Notes: generated by a model not told the origin, from the sequence alone. DNA of 64,000 bases from Candidatus Moraniibacteriota bacterium (GCA_041910335.1 JAYRRF010000012.1:3728-67727); one strand, 5' to 3'; positions 1-9,062 are shown, numbered from the stretch's first letter. A program made the numbers and translations.

Positions 1-360
1 TTGGTCGTGACCAAGTTCCACGATGCGCTCCATGAATTTTTCTCGATCAGGAATATCGCTCGCACGAAGCTGCTTTGTTTCTCGTTTGGTATCATGAGAT
101 ATACTTGCCCCTTCGGAGACAAATTCAAGTGTTCCCTTGGCTCTTGGTTTGGGAGAATGAATGAGATAGAGCTCATCTTCTTCTGAGATGTGACCAGACT
201 CACGCATCGATTTTCCTGTTGCTTTGGCACCTTCTACGCCTTCAGGAGTCAGATCATGACCCTCATCTTTGTAATAGGGTTCCTCATGACGCATGAGCGT
301 CACTTTGAACCAAGGTTTCTCTTGATTCTCTACACTGGATGGGTGTTCGAGTCGATTCAT
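1..360 (-). CDS. Histidine phosphatase family protein (partial, runs off window start)
   Basis: Manual translation MNRLEHPSSVENQEKPWFKVTLMRHEEPYYKDEGHDLTPEGVEGAKATG...IHSPKPRAKGTL; RH, LTxxG and SPxxRAxxT motifs; not in ORF track because truncated. Confidence 0.75.
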   Translation of the reverse strand, partial: MNRLEHPSSVENQEKPWFKVTLMRHEEPYYKDEGHDLTPEGVEGAKATGKSMRESGHISEEDELYLIHSPKPRAKGTLEFVSEGASISHDTKRETKQLRASDIPDREKFMERIVELGHDQ

Positions 361-439
361 AGGATATAGATTAATATTATCAGTATAGCATTGATGGAAA
401 AGAGTGTTGCAATAAAGGGTTCTTTGCTATCATAAACGT

Positions 440-1333
440 ATGTTTGAAGCATTAGGACAACAAGAAATCATCAAACCAGAAAAGAAACTTTCCATCGATC
501 CTGGCTTAGTAGTGCCTGATGCATTTCGAGAATCACCTTGGAAATATTTTCAAGAGCATGGACTCAATATCAAGCCAGGCGATACAGAGTACAAAGAAGA
601 CGGGAGAATAAGTGAAGATCCGACAGCGGTAAAGTGTCTGCCAGTCTGGCATGATGAGGCTGGAAATTCTATCCGAGTGATTGCCAAGAAAATCAATACC
701 ATTAAGAGTCAAATAGGTAAGACAGGTAATCCTTGGCATGAAGTAGACGTGATGAGGCGAGTAGCTGAGGCAGGTCTACCGGTAGCGAGGTTGCTTGCTG
801 TAGCAGAAGATAAAGGTGAGCATCTTTTTGTGACGGAAAGAATAGCGGGTTTCACGGTCTATGACATTGACCACATCAGAGAAAAATTTTCTCAGTATGG
901 ATACACCCAAGAGGATGAAGAAAATCTTAAGAATCAAGTCAGAATGGAAATGGAAGCGCTCAAGAATCAGCTGAGAGAGCAGGGGATAATCCGAGAAAAA
1001 TGGAAGCTTCAGGATATGGTATTCGAAATTGATTTTGAGGCGTGTAAAGTCACGAGAGTGACGCCAGTTGACTGGGAACGAACGAAAATTCTCTTGCCTT
1101 TGGAGGAAGCGGTACATATAGAAGAGCCACTCAAACCCATCTGGGAGTTTCCGGAGAGCTTTCTCTTTTATGAGTGGTATGAACAGCAATACGCACTCCC
1201 CGAAGAACAGCGTAGCTCTAGCTTCAAGCAATTTTTGGATTTATTGGCCTCTGGTAAGGCTGAAGCACCTAAACTTCTCGCTCACTATCGCGTCAAGCGA
1301 CTAAGGGAAAAGAGAGAAGAAGTTTCACTCTAG
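440..1333 (+). CDS. Hypothetical protein with degenerate APH/RIO/Kdo kinase-like fold
   Basis: VIAKK, HEVDVMRRVAEAGLPVARLLA, LFVTERIAG and VDWE motifs; canonical HxDxxxxN loop absent. Confidence 0.5.
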   Translation: MFEALGQQEIIKPEKKLSIDPGLVVPDAFRESPWKYFQEHGLNIKPGDTEYKEDGRISEDPTAVKCLPVWHDEAGNSIRVIAKKINTIKSQIGKTGNPWHEVDVMRRVAEAGLPVARLLAVAEDKGEHLFVTERIAGFTVYDIDHIREKFSQYGYTQEDEENLKNQVRMEMEALKNQLREQGIIREKWKLQDMVFEIDFEACKVTRVTPVDWERTKILLPLEEAVHIEEPLKPIWEFPESFLFYEWYEQQYALPEEQRSSSFKQFLDLLASGKAEAPKLLAHYRVKRLREKREEVSL

Positions 1334-1354
1334 TGCTATACTAGAGATACGACT

Positions 1355-2656
1355 ATGAATACTTTTGGCTTCCAAAAAGATGAAGAGAAGCCACGCTTTG
1401 ACCGTAACAAAGTTCTTCTCTTAAGCGGTAGTCTCTCGAGTCTTATTTTCATCGGCTCAGTGGGGTGGTTTGTCTTGGAACCAGGCGTCATAACTTCAGA
1501 AAGCGTTGTGACGAAGAAAGATAGCAGTCAGCTTTCTCTTGAAGTGGTAGTGCCAGACGAGGTTGTTACTACAAGTGGCTTCTATACACCGCCTGTCTCT
1601 GAAGTAGAGAGTAAGAAGGAGCAAAAGAAAGAAAGTCTCCCGCTCTTGCCACCGCCACCGAAAGCTGATATGGAGCGCATGAAGAAACGAGGTTGTGTCG
1701 CGGACGGTTTTCTTTCTGGGTATGGAGAAGACCGGAACAGCTCTATCGCTCTCATCAATCGTTCCCAGTGTTATTATCTTCATCGAGCACTTGAGACCTG
1801 GCTAGAGCCACCCGACTTCGAGCGAGCACGAGAAATACAGGAAAAAGTGACTAAGCCCAATACCGTCTACGGGATGTTCATAGCCGAAGCGCTCAGGACG
1901 AATAAAGACTATCGTTTTCCGGCTGAAGACAGAGATTTTGATTTTAAGAAAATGTGTCGAGAGGGGACAAGGAATGCGTGGGGAGAACATAGCTGTAAGC
2001 CATCTATCGACAAGAAAGAATACCGAGAATATCTCCGTTATATCACCGAAGAGGCGATGAACATGGGGATACAGAGCTTTCTCTTCGGGCAGGTATTCTA
2101 TCAAGATCCTACCCAAGGAGAAAGTGGTGCACTTCAAGAAGTTATCGATGATATGCGAGAGTACGCCCGCTTCCGTGGAATGGAGATAGTGATTGGTGCT
2201 CAGACCAATGATATCCATGATGAAAAATACCTTAAGATGTTTGACTATATTGAGGGTGGCGTAGGGTTACACAGTGATGGACAGATAGAGGATGGAGCCT
2301 GCTTCTCTCGTTGGTACCAGAAGCCAGGAGACTGGTGCTGGGCACTTCTCTGGCATCCTGAATGGAAAGATAAAGCTAGGAATGTTTTCATCCACCTCGA
2401 CTGGAGTGGGAAGATAGGGGATGATATGAGTACGTTTACGCGCATGGATAAGCGTAAGCGGGGTGAGACCCTCGGACAGCTGCATAGGTATTTCACGAGT
2501 AAAAATGTAGGCTTTCTCATGCCGATGCTCGCGACGTTACATGAAGATAACGGGGGTTGTAGTGGCCCAAAGAGTCGCTTTTATTCAGCCAGTCGTAAGT
2601 ATAGCTGTCAGGATGAAGACACCATTAATATGTTCCTCGGAAAACAAGGATACTAA
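1355..2656 (+). CDS. Membrane-anchored hypothetical protein with Cys/Trp-rich extracellular domain
   Basis: 433-aa ORF, N-terminal TM helix, Pro/charged linker, globular domain. Confidence 0.6.
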   Translation: MNTFGFQKDEEKPRFDRNKVLLLSGSLSSLIFIGSVGWFVLEPGVITSESVVTKKDSSQLSLEVVVPDEVVTTSGFYTPPVSEVESKKEQKKESLPLLPPPPKADMERMKKRGCVADGFLSGYGEDRNSSIALINRSQCYYLHRALETWLEPPDFERAREIQEKVTKPNTVYGMFIAEALRTNKDYRFPAEDRDFDFKKMCREGTRNAWGEHSCKPSIDKKEYREYLRYITEEAMNMGIQSFLFGQVFYQDPTQGESGALQEVIDDMREYARFRGMEIVIGAQTNDIHDEKYLKMFDYIEGGVGLHSDGQIEDGACFSRWYQKPGDWCWALLWHPEWKDKARNVFIHLDWSGKIGDDMSTFTRMDKRKRGETLGQLHRYFTSKNVGFLMPMLATLHEDNGGCSGPKSRFYSASRKYSCQDEDTINMFLGKQGY

Positions 2657-2664
2657 CTAACAAT

Positions 2665-2982
2665 ATGGTCAAACAATTTCAACGTAAAAAAGAAGACTTT
2701 GTGTGTGAGTCATGTGGAACGGCTGTAAAAGGAACAGGGTATACTAATCATTGTCCTGCGTGCCTCATGAGTAAGCACGTCGATATTTTTCCTGGGGATA
2801 GACTCGAGGAGTGTCAGGGGTTGATGGAACCTGTTGCTCTGGAGATGAAAGGGGAGAGCTACCGTATCACACATAGATGTGTACGATGTGGTTATGAGAT
2901 CAAGAATAATACTACCAAAGAAGACTCAAGCGATGCTCTCTATGCTTTAGCGAAGAAGCTCGCAGATAAGGAGACGAAATAA
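2665..2982 (+). CDS. RNHCP domain protein (zinc-binding)
   Basis: FVCESCG, TNHCPACLMSKHVD, PGDR, HRCVRCG motifs. Confidence 0.88.
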   Translation: MVKQFQRKKEDFVCESCGTAVKGTGYTNHCPACLMSKHVDIFPGDRLEECQGLMEPVALEMKGESYRITHRCVRCGYEIKNNTTKEDSSDALYALAKKLADKETK

Positions 2983-3008
2983 AAAATCCCCCAGCCGTGG
3001 GATTTTTC
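2981..3008. terminator. Bidirectional intrinsic terminator
   Basis: AAAAATCCC-N8-GGGATTTTT between convergent genes. Confidence 0.7.
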
Positions 3009-3009
3009 T

Positions 3010-4755
3010 TTAGAGTTCTTTGTTTCTGATTTTCTTCAGGAGAAAGTCAACAGCCTCATGAATATTCTGAAAGCTCACTTTTTCATCACTGCGGCCTTCG
3101 AGGGTAAGGGGTTCACCGTTCGATTCTTTTTCACCGATGACGAGGATGTAAGGAGTCTTCATAGTCTTGGCAGCTCGGATGCGCTTGCCAAGAGATTCAT
3201 GAGTAGCGTCTACTTCGACACGGAGGTTGTTGTCACGGAGGATTTTCTCAAAAGTATTGGTCGCTTCTATGAATTTCTCGCTGACAGGAAGAAGTGTAAT
3301 CTGGACCGGTGAAAGCCAAAGTGGGAAAGCACCTGCAAAGTGCTCGATAAGGAATCCAATGAAACGCTCATGGGTACCAAGGGGGGCGCGGTGAATAATA
3401 GCAGGGGTCTTAGGCTGACCATCATTGTCGATGTAGGTCAGCGCAAATTTCTTGCCCATGTAGAGGTCGAGTTGGTTGGTGGAAGCAGTGAAGCTACGGC
3501 CAATAGAAGAATAGATCTGGAAGTCCATCTTGGGTCCATAGAAAGCAGCACCTTCATGCACTATCTTGTAAGGAACACCGGAGCGCTCCATCGCTTCTAT
3601 GGTCATAGTCTCTGCCTTCTTCCAGTCTTCTTCATCACCATGGTACTTGTCCATGTTGGCTGGATCACGAAGAGCAAGCTCCATTTCGTAGTGAGTGATA
3701 CCGAGCGCTTGGTAGTAGTACTCGTGGAGCTTGATGACTTGAATGAATTCCTCAATAGCCGCCTCCTCTTTGACGTACAAGTGAGCATCATTCATCTGCA
3801 TACCACGGACACGCATCAGCCCAAAAAGACTACCAGAATCTTCGTAGCGATGACACCAGCCGTACTCAGCAATACGGAGAGGAAGTTCGCGATAGCTTCG
3901 GGGGCGAGCAGCAAAGACCTTGTGATGCATCGGGCAGTTCATCGGCTTGATGTAGTAGTTTTCGTCTTCAATCTGGAGAGGAGCGTACATGCTGTCTTTG
4001 TAGAGAGGGAGATGACCAGAGGTATAGAAGAGTTGCTCTTTGGTAATAATAGGCGTGGTCACACGTTGGTAGCCCCATTTGGTCTCAGTTTCCTTGGCCC
4101 AGTTCTCGAGCTCTTCCTTGATGATATTCCCTTTCGGGAGCCAAAGAGGAAGACCTTTGCCAATTTCTTCATCGAAGGTAAAAAGATCAAGCTCAGCACC
4201 AAGCTTGCGATGGTCACGTTTCTTGGCTTCCTCGAGAGCTTCTTGATAAGCTACGAGCTCTTCTTTGGTATCAAAAGCAACACCGTAGATACGAGTAAGC
4301 ATCGGGTTTGTCTCACTTCCTCGCCAATAGGCACCCGCTATTTTGGTAAGAGCAAAAGCATCGCTAGCAATTTCTTCGCTCGGCTTATCGGCATGACCGC
4401 CTTTGCAGAGATCCCAGTAGTTGCCGTTTTTGTAGAAGGAGAGCTCTTCGTTGTTCGGGGCGAACTCCTCGATAAGCTCGGCTTTGAATGGGTTCCCTGG
4501 GTATTCTGCCAAGGCTTTGTCTTTGGAGAGCATATGGAGAGTGGTATCAGTCCAGGTAGGGAGAAGTTCTCGCATGCGAGCTTCTATCTTAAGAAGATCA
4601 GCCTCAGTAATAGGTGTCTCAAAATCAAAGTCGAAGTAAAAGCCATTGTCGATAGCTGGGCCAATGGCGCGCTTGGTACCAGGGTAGAGCTCGATAACCG
4701 CTGCAGCAAGGAGATGAGCAAGAGTATGACGTTTGTTTTGGAGTTGTTCTGACAT
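3010..4755 (-). CDS. thrS: Threonine--tRNA ligase (lacks N-terminal TGS domain)
   Basis: RHTLAHLL, DLCKGGH, RDHRKLG, KPMNCPMH, GAAFYGPK, IHRAPLGTHERF. Confidence 0.97.
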   Translation of the reverse strand: MSEQLQNKRHTLAHLLAAAVIELYPGTKRAIGPAIDNGFYFDFDFETPITEADLLKIEARMRELLPTWTDTTLHMLSKDKALAEYPGNPFKAELIEEFAPNNEELSFYKNGNYWDLCKGGHADKPSEEIASDAFALTKIAGAYWRGSETNPMLTRIYGVAFDTKEELVAYQEALEEAKKRDHRKLGAELDLFTFDEEIGKGLPLWLPKGNIIKEELENWAKETETKWGYQRVTTPIITKEQLFYTSGHLPLYKDSMYAPLQIEDENYYIKPMNCPMHHKVFAARPRSYRELPLRIAEYGWCHRYEDSGSLFGLMRVRGMQMNDAHLYVKEEAAIEEFIQVIKLHEYYYQALGITHYEMELALRDPANMDKYHGDEEDWKKAETMTIEAMERSGVPYKIVHEGAAFYGPKMDFQIYSSIGRSFTASTNQLDLYMGKKFALTYIDNDGQPKTPAIIHRAPLGTHERFIGFLIEHFAGAFPLWLSPVQITLLPVSEKFIEATNTFEKILRDNNLRVEVDATHESLGKRIRAAKTMKTPYILVIGEKESNGEPLTLEGRSDEKVSFQNIHEAVDFLLKKIRNKEL

Positions 4756-4767
4756 AGGAGTAAAGGA

Positions 4768-6174
4768 TTATTTCTTTTCTTCAGTTTCTTGGAATTGGAA
4801 GGTGGTATCGTGGATGATATCAGCTGACTGTTCGAAAGTCTTTTCTTTGGTGATGACTTTGATATGGACCGGGAGCGTACCAATGCCGGATTGCTTCTGA
4901 ATCATGAGGCTATAATTATCAGCCTTGATAGTGTCAGGGAGTTCGTACTTGAGTGTCGTAGTGACATCACCCTGACCAATCTCAGCGTCGACGTAGCCAC
5001 CGATGAAGGTATGACCAAGGTCCTCGCCAGGAGCGACCGCATTGATCATGAAACGTTCTTTGTAGGTAGAGCCAAGCGGTACGTAGGCGCGCACATAGGT
5101 GTGATAGTCACTGGTACGCCAATCACCCGCGGGAGCAGTGTTGTTGTAGATGTAGACAGCAGTCGCGAAGGGTTTTTCGCCAGTGAAGTCTACTGTGTAG
5201 TCAATTCTTCTTTTGACAAAGTAGTCAGTCTTCAGTGCGCCGAGATTGGCATCAACGAACATGAGATAATCACCTTTCCAATCTTGGTTAACTTCACCGG
5301 CCCAGTTGACACTCTCGACGAGTGATTGAGTATTGGCGTCCTTGAAGCTCAGCATAATGTTCTTATTGCGGAGTTCTGCGAGGCCAAGCTCTGCTACTTT
5401 CGGAATGTTGTTGAGGCTCGTGAGCTTGCTTACCATGTCATTGGTCAGAGCCTTCATGATGGCTTTGCGGTTTTGTTTGGCAGCGGCGGCAACATCTTCA
5501 CCGAGATAGTTCTTCTCAACTACTTCTTCGAGTTTGAGGGCACCATCTTCGCTATTGAATGTCGTGTTGTAGCCAGTAGGGGTGATAGGGCCGGTCAGCT
5601 CAAGGATATGGTTGAAGACGTTGGTATTGACCGCGACAACACCATCGAACTTTTCATGTCCACCAGCCATACGGTAAAAGTACTCAGCCTTCTCTACGTT
5701 AGTTGGGAAGTCTGGAGAAAAGTTGGAGTCACGGAACTTCCATTTTTTGATCTGCATCTTACGAGTCAGCGGGTAGGGAGGAGTGACCTTGGCATTGATA
5801 CGCTGGTCAAGGAGGTTGGCATCTTCGAAGGTTTGAGAAATGACGGCGCCATCTTTGACCTTAACGACAGCATATTGACCTAAGAAGCCTCCGCCTGGAC
5901 GAAGCTCATAGTTATTCTGAAGCATGACCATGTAGGTGCGAGTAACCCCGTCTTTCTTGGTCATTTCTTGCACGAGCTTATCAACGACTTCTATTTCCTT
6001 CTTGGTATCTGGTGAGAGAGGGAGAAGCTTGGAGACTTTTTGGAAGAGACTAAGTCCTCCAGCTGCGAATTCTGTTTTGTTGTTTTTGGCGTAAAAAAAG
6101 GCGCCGATTAGAGCAATGATGAGAAGAATAACTACCCCAAGAGCTACCTTCTTCCCTTTTGAAAGAGAGTTCAT
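4768..6174 (-). CDS. DUF4012-like membrane-anchored protein
   Basis: N-terminal TM; LQNNYELRPGGGFLG, FRDSNFSPDFP, DANLGALKTD, QKQSG motifs; start taken at ATG 6174. Confidence 0.8.
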   Translation of the reverse strand: MNSLSKGKKVALGVVILLIIALIGAFFYAKNNKTEFAAGGLSLFQKVSKLLPLSPDTKKEIEVVDKLVQEMTKKDGVTRTYMVMLQNNYELRPGGGFLGQYAVVKVKDGAVISQTFEDANLLDQRINAKVTPPYPLTRKMQIKKWKFRDSNFSPDFPTNVEKAEYFYRMAGGHEKFDGVVAVNTNVFNHILELTGPITPTGYNTTFNSEDGALKLEEVVEKNYLGEDVAAAAKQNRKAIMKALTNDMVSKLTSLNNIPKVAELGLAELRNKNIMLSFKDANTQSLVESVNWAGEVNQDWKGDYLMFVDANLGALKTDYFVKRRIDYTVDFTGEKPFATAVYIYNNTAPAGDWRTSDYHTYVRAYVPLGSTYKERFMINAVAPGEDLGHTFIGGYVDAEIGQGDVTTTLKYELPDTIKADNYSLMIQKQSGIGTLPVHIKVITKEKTFEQSADIIHDTTFQFQETEEKK

Positions 6175-6318
6175 GTTATAGATATAAATTAGAGAATAAT
6201 ACCTCACCAGTTTAGCAGACCAGTCTGCTATTTACAACGCTTTACAAAGGCATTTTCTAGACGTATACTGGGGGCAGAAAGTAGACGCTTTCTCTAAATT
6301 GTTTCTAGAAATTTTCTT

Positions 6319-7011
6319 ATGAACTTTTCAATATCAGGCACTATCAAACAAGCCTACACATTGTGGAAGGAGCACATCTTTTTCACATGGATGATCCTAG
6401 GCGTCATGGCAGTCATCAGCATTGTCTTCGGTATCATTACGCCTCGCGAAGGAAGTGTCATTATCTCTCTTATTGATACTTTGGTGAGGATATTTGTAGA
6501 GTTGGGAGCAGTAGCCCTTCTTTTGGTATTGGTACGCACTGGTAAAGAAGGTGATATTAAGGAAATTTTTGGTCAGAAAGAAATTTTTCCTCAAGCGCTT
6601 TTGGGGCAGATTATATACGGAATTATGATTGTTGTTGGTATGATCCTTCTTGTCATTCCTGGTATTTATGTCGCTGTTCGCTTCATGTTTCTGCCATATA
6701 TTTTTGTTGATCAGAAGTTGGGCTGGAAAGAGGCTCTTGCTGAAGCATCACGTTTGACTGAGGGGCGTCGCTGGGATCTGTTTGTCTTTTCACTTGCTCT
6801 CATTTTGCTCAATATAGTGGGAGCATTGCTTCTCTTAGTAGGTCTCCTTGTTACCATCCCAGTCTCTATGATCGCTACGACCATGATGTATGAATACCTC
6901 AAGAAAGAAAAAGGTGGTATCAAAGAAACGGTAAGCGAAACCGCTCCGTCAGTTGAGCCGCAAGAGGCAGTTATCGAAGCTCCAGCTGCTACTCCGGAGC
7001 CAGCTGCGTAG
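6319..7011 (+). CDS. Integral membrane protein (DUF975/YciC-like)
   Basis: Multiple TM helices; LLVIPGIYVAVRF and ALAEASRLTEGRRWDLF motifs. Confidence 0.7.
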   Translation: MNFSISGTIKQAYTLWKEHIFFTWMILGVMAVISIVFGIITPREGSVIISLIDTLVRIFVELGAVALLLVLVRTGKEGDIKEIFGQKEIFPQALLGQIIYGIMIVVGMILLVIPGIYVAVRFMFLPYIFVDQKLGWKEALAEASRLTEGRRWDLFVFSLALILLNIVGALLLLVGLLVTIPVSMIATTMMYEYLKKEKGGIKETVSETAPSVEPQEAVIEAPAATPEPAA

Positions 7012-7040
7012 TGTAGAAAGGGAGTACATCATAATGTAAG

Positions 7041-7078
7041 AAAAGACCCTTGCAAAAGGGTCTTTTTTGTGCTATCAT
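7041..7078 (+). promoter_or_regulatory. Terminator fused to sigma70 promoter
   Basis: Hairpin AAAAGACCCTTGCAAAAGGGTCTTTTTT contains TTGCAA (7050-7055); 17 bp later TGcTATCAT (-10 at 7073-7078). Confidence 0.7.
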
Positions 7079-7097
7079 AGGACTATAGAGAAGAAAT

Positions 7098-7439
7098 ATG
7101 GCTTCCAAAAAGACCTCAAAAACTGAAGAGAGTGGATTTGGAGCGCTAGGCGCTCTTTTTTCTACCCTCCTTATTGCGCCCCTAGTCTCTAAGGTGGAGA
7201 GTTTTGTCATGAATTCGCTCAGTGAATTACAGAACAATACTGAGGAGTACCTCAAGGGCTGGATTACTATTGTACTTCTGATTGGGACAGCATTTGCTGG
7301 CGTTATGTTCGTTCTGGTTGGGCTTGCGCGCCTTGTGAATGAAACATTGGGAAGAGATGGGTTAGGGGAAATCATTATCGGACTGACTATTCTTTTGATT
7401 GCTTTGGTGTGGCATTTGCTGCCAGGCAAAAAGAGGTAG
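7098..7439 (+). CDS. Small membrane protein, YqjE/phage-holin-family-like
   Basis: Amphipathic N-terminus plus two TM helices, basic tail; directly upstream of a YqjD-like gene. Confidence 0.55.
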   Translation: MASKKTSKTEESGFGALGALFSTLLIAPLVSKVESFVMNSLSELQNNTEEYLKGWITIVLLIGTAFAGVMFVLVGLARLVNETLGRDGLGEIIIGLTILLIALVWHLLPGKKR

Positions 7440-7468
7440 GAGAAATAATAATCAAATAACAAAAAGAT

Positions 7469-7714
7469 ATGCTCGACAAAAAGGCAGTCGCCAGTGCTGG
7501 CAAGAAAATCCTCAGTGAGGTAGAAAAGAACAAGGCTCAAGCAGAAAAAGAGCTTGCGAAGATGAAGAAAGATGTAGAGGCTACTCTCAAAAAAGCAGAG
7601 ACGTTTGCCAAGAAAAATCCAGAAAAAGCCGCTCTCATTGCCGCTGGTATTGGTGCAGCTCTTGGTGCTGTAGCTACGGCTCTGATTTCTTCTGGTGGAA
7701 AAAAGAAGAAATAG
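7469..7714 (+). CDS. ElaB/YqjD/DUF883-like tail-anchored protein
   Basis: Coiled coil then FAKKNPEKAALIAAGIGAALG C-terminal anchor and KKKK tail. Confidence 0.7.
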   Translation: MLDKKAVASAGKKILSEVEKNKAQAEKELAKMKKDVEATLKKAETFAKKNPEKAALIAAGIGAALGAVATALISSGGKKKK

Positions 7715-7805
7715 ACAGGATAGCTGATAGGTACAAGCTCATAGCTCTTATAATGAATGAGGGAGCCTCTCGGAAATTCTGAGGGGCTTTTGCTATACTA
7801 AAGGT

Positions 7806-8552
7806 ATGAAGAAAGGCTTAATATTAGCAGTAGGAGGAATAGGCGTTGTTTTGGCAGGTGGTTTTTGGTATGTGAGCAAAGCTAAGCAGCAGACTACATT
7901 CGAGAATGCGCCAGTTATAAAAGCAGTAGAAGTCTCTGAGAAGCCGAAGGCCACTTCCGAGGAAGGTCAGCAACGAGAAACAAAGACAGCAGATACTGAG
8001 TCAATTAATATTCCTTCTGAGTTCTCAGAAGCTCAGACCGATACAGAAAAGAAAGAGATTTCACAGGACAAAACAACAGATACAAAGTCGCCAAAGAAGT
8101 TCACTATCAAAAACAATCTTGTTTCTTTCGGCCACGAGAGTGCGAGTGGTCGAAAAATAGATACTATCGTACTGCACTCATCGTATAGTCCAAGTGGTGA
8201 TCCCTATAGTGTCAGTGCAGTGATAACCCTGTGGAAAAGCTATGGTGTAGCACCCCACTATATGGTGGCACGGGATGGTACTGTCTACCGGCTCGTAGCG
8301 GATAAAGATATTGCTTATCATGCCGGAGAAAGCGAGATGAAAGATGGACGTAAGAACGTGAATGACTTTTCTATCGGAGTGGAGATCTTAAATACCAAAG
8401 ACGATGAATACACAGAGGCTCAGTATCAAGCAGTGAGTGACTTAATAGGCTATCTCAAGGGTAACTATGCTGTAAAGTATGTCGTAGGGCATGACGATAT
8501 TGCGCCTGGTCGCAAAACTGACCCATGGAATTTTAAGTGGAATAAGTTATGA
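7806..8552 (+). CDS. Membrane-anchored N-acetylmuramoyl-L-alanine amidase (Amidase_2/AmpD-like)
   Basis: IVLHSS, APHYMVARDG, AYHAGES, NDFSIGVEI, VGHDDIAPGRKTDP. Confidence 0.92.
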   Translation: MKKGLILAVGGIGVVLAGGFWYVSKAKQQTTFENAPVIKAVEVSEKPKATSEEGQQRETKTADTESINIPSEFSEAQTDTEKKEISQDKTTDTKSPKKFTIKNNLVSFGHESASGRKIDTIVLHSSYSPSGDPYSVSAVITLWKSYGVAPHYMVARDGTVYRLVADKDIAYHAGESEMKDGRKNVNDFSIGVEILNTKDDEYTEAQYQAVSDLIGYLKGNYAVKYVVGHDDIAPGRKTDPWNFKWNKL

Positions 8553-8866
8553 ACTCTACAACCTACAACCTACAACCTACAACCTACCACCTAAAATTGA
8601 CCGTGAATAATGATGTTTCCACTCTCAAACTCCAAAAAGGAGAAACACTGATAATGGAACAATCCTGGCCAGAGGAGCGAGATATGGGGAAGCAACTTCT
8701 TAAAGCACTGAAGAACATCCTTAATGAAAGTGGTGTGAAATCAGGAGAGATTGAGGAGTTCCTCATTGATGGAGAAACGAAAGACAACTTTACCTCGAGA
8801 CGTATTGCAGAGACGGTGCAGAGAACATTTCTTTTCGCTCGCAAAGCCACAGAAAGTGGTGGATAA
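8549..8866 (+). CDS. Short TsaB/YeaZ-like protein (N-terminal half only)
   Basis: LLKALKNILNESGVKSGEIEEF...NFTSRRIAETV resembles the TsaB GSFTGLRIG region; ATGA overlap with amidase stop. Confidence 0.55.
   Translation: MNSTTYNLQPTTYHLKLTVNNDVSTLKLQKGETLIMEQSWPEERDMGKQLLKALKNILNESGVKSGEIEEFLIDGETKDNFTSRRIAETVQRTFLFARKATESGG
8556..8593 (+). repeat. Heptamer tandem repeat (CTACAAC)x4 + CTACCAC + CTA
   Basis: Directly visible, inside the first codons of the TsaB-like ORF. Confidence 0.95.
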
Positions 8867-9033
8867 AAAAGAGTTGCTCCTTTCTCTGGATACGCTATAA
8901 TGCTCTTATCAATCAGAAATGTTTTTTGGTCCTTTGTACTGATTGAAAAGAAAAACAAAACATGAGCACTTCTTCAACTTAAAGAAGGATTTTTATAAAA
9001 AAAGCTTCCCCGAAGCTCTGTTTTGGTTTCCAT

Positions 9034-9062
9034 TTGACATTTATTTGACAAGTTGCTATACT
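9034..9062 (+). promoter_or_regulatory. rpoBC promoter
   Basis: TTGACA (9034-9039), 17 bp spacer, TGcTATACT (-10 at 9057-9062). Confidence 0.85.

Noticed and set aside
1-186. 61-aa + strand ORF
   Set aside because: Antisense to the histidine phosphatase frame on the - strand
3058-5883. Long + strand ORFs (up to 470 aa) antisense to thrS and the DUF4012 gene
   Set aside because: Shadow frames arising from codon bias; no motifs, and the sense genes are clearly real. The same applies to antisense ORFs over rpoBC, fusA and r-protein genes
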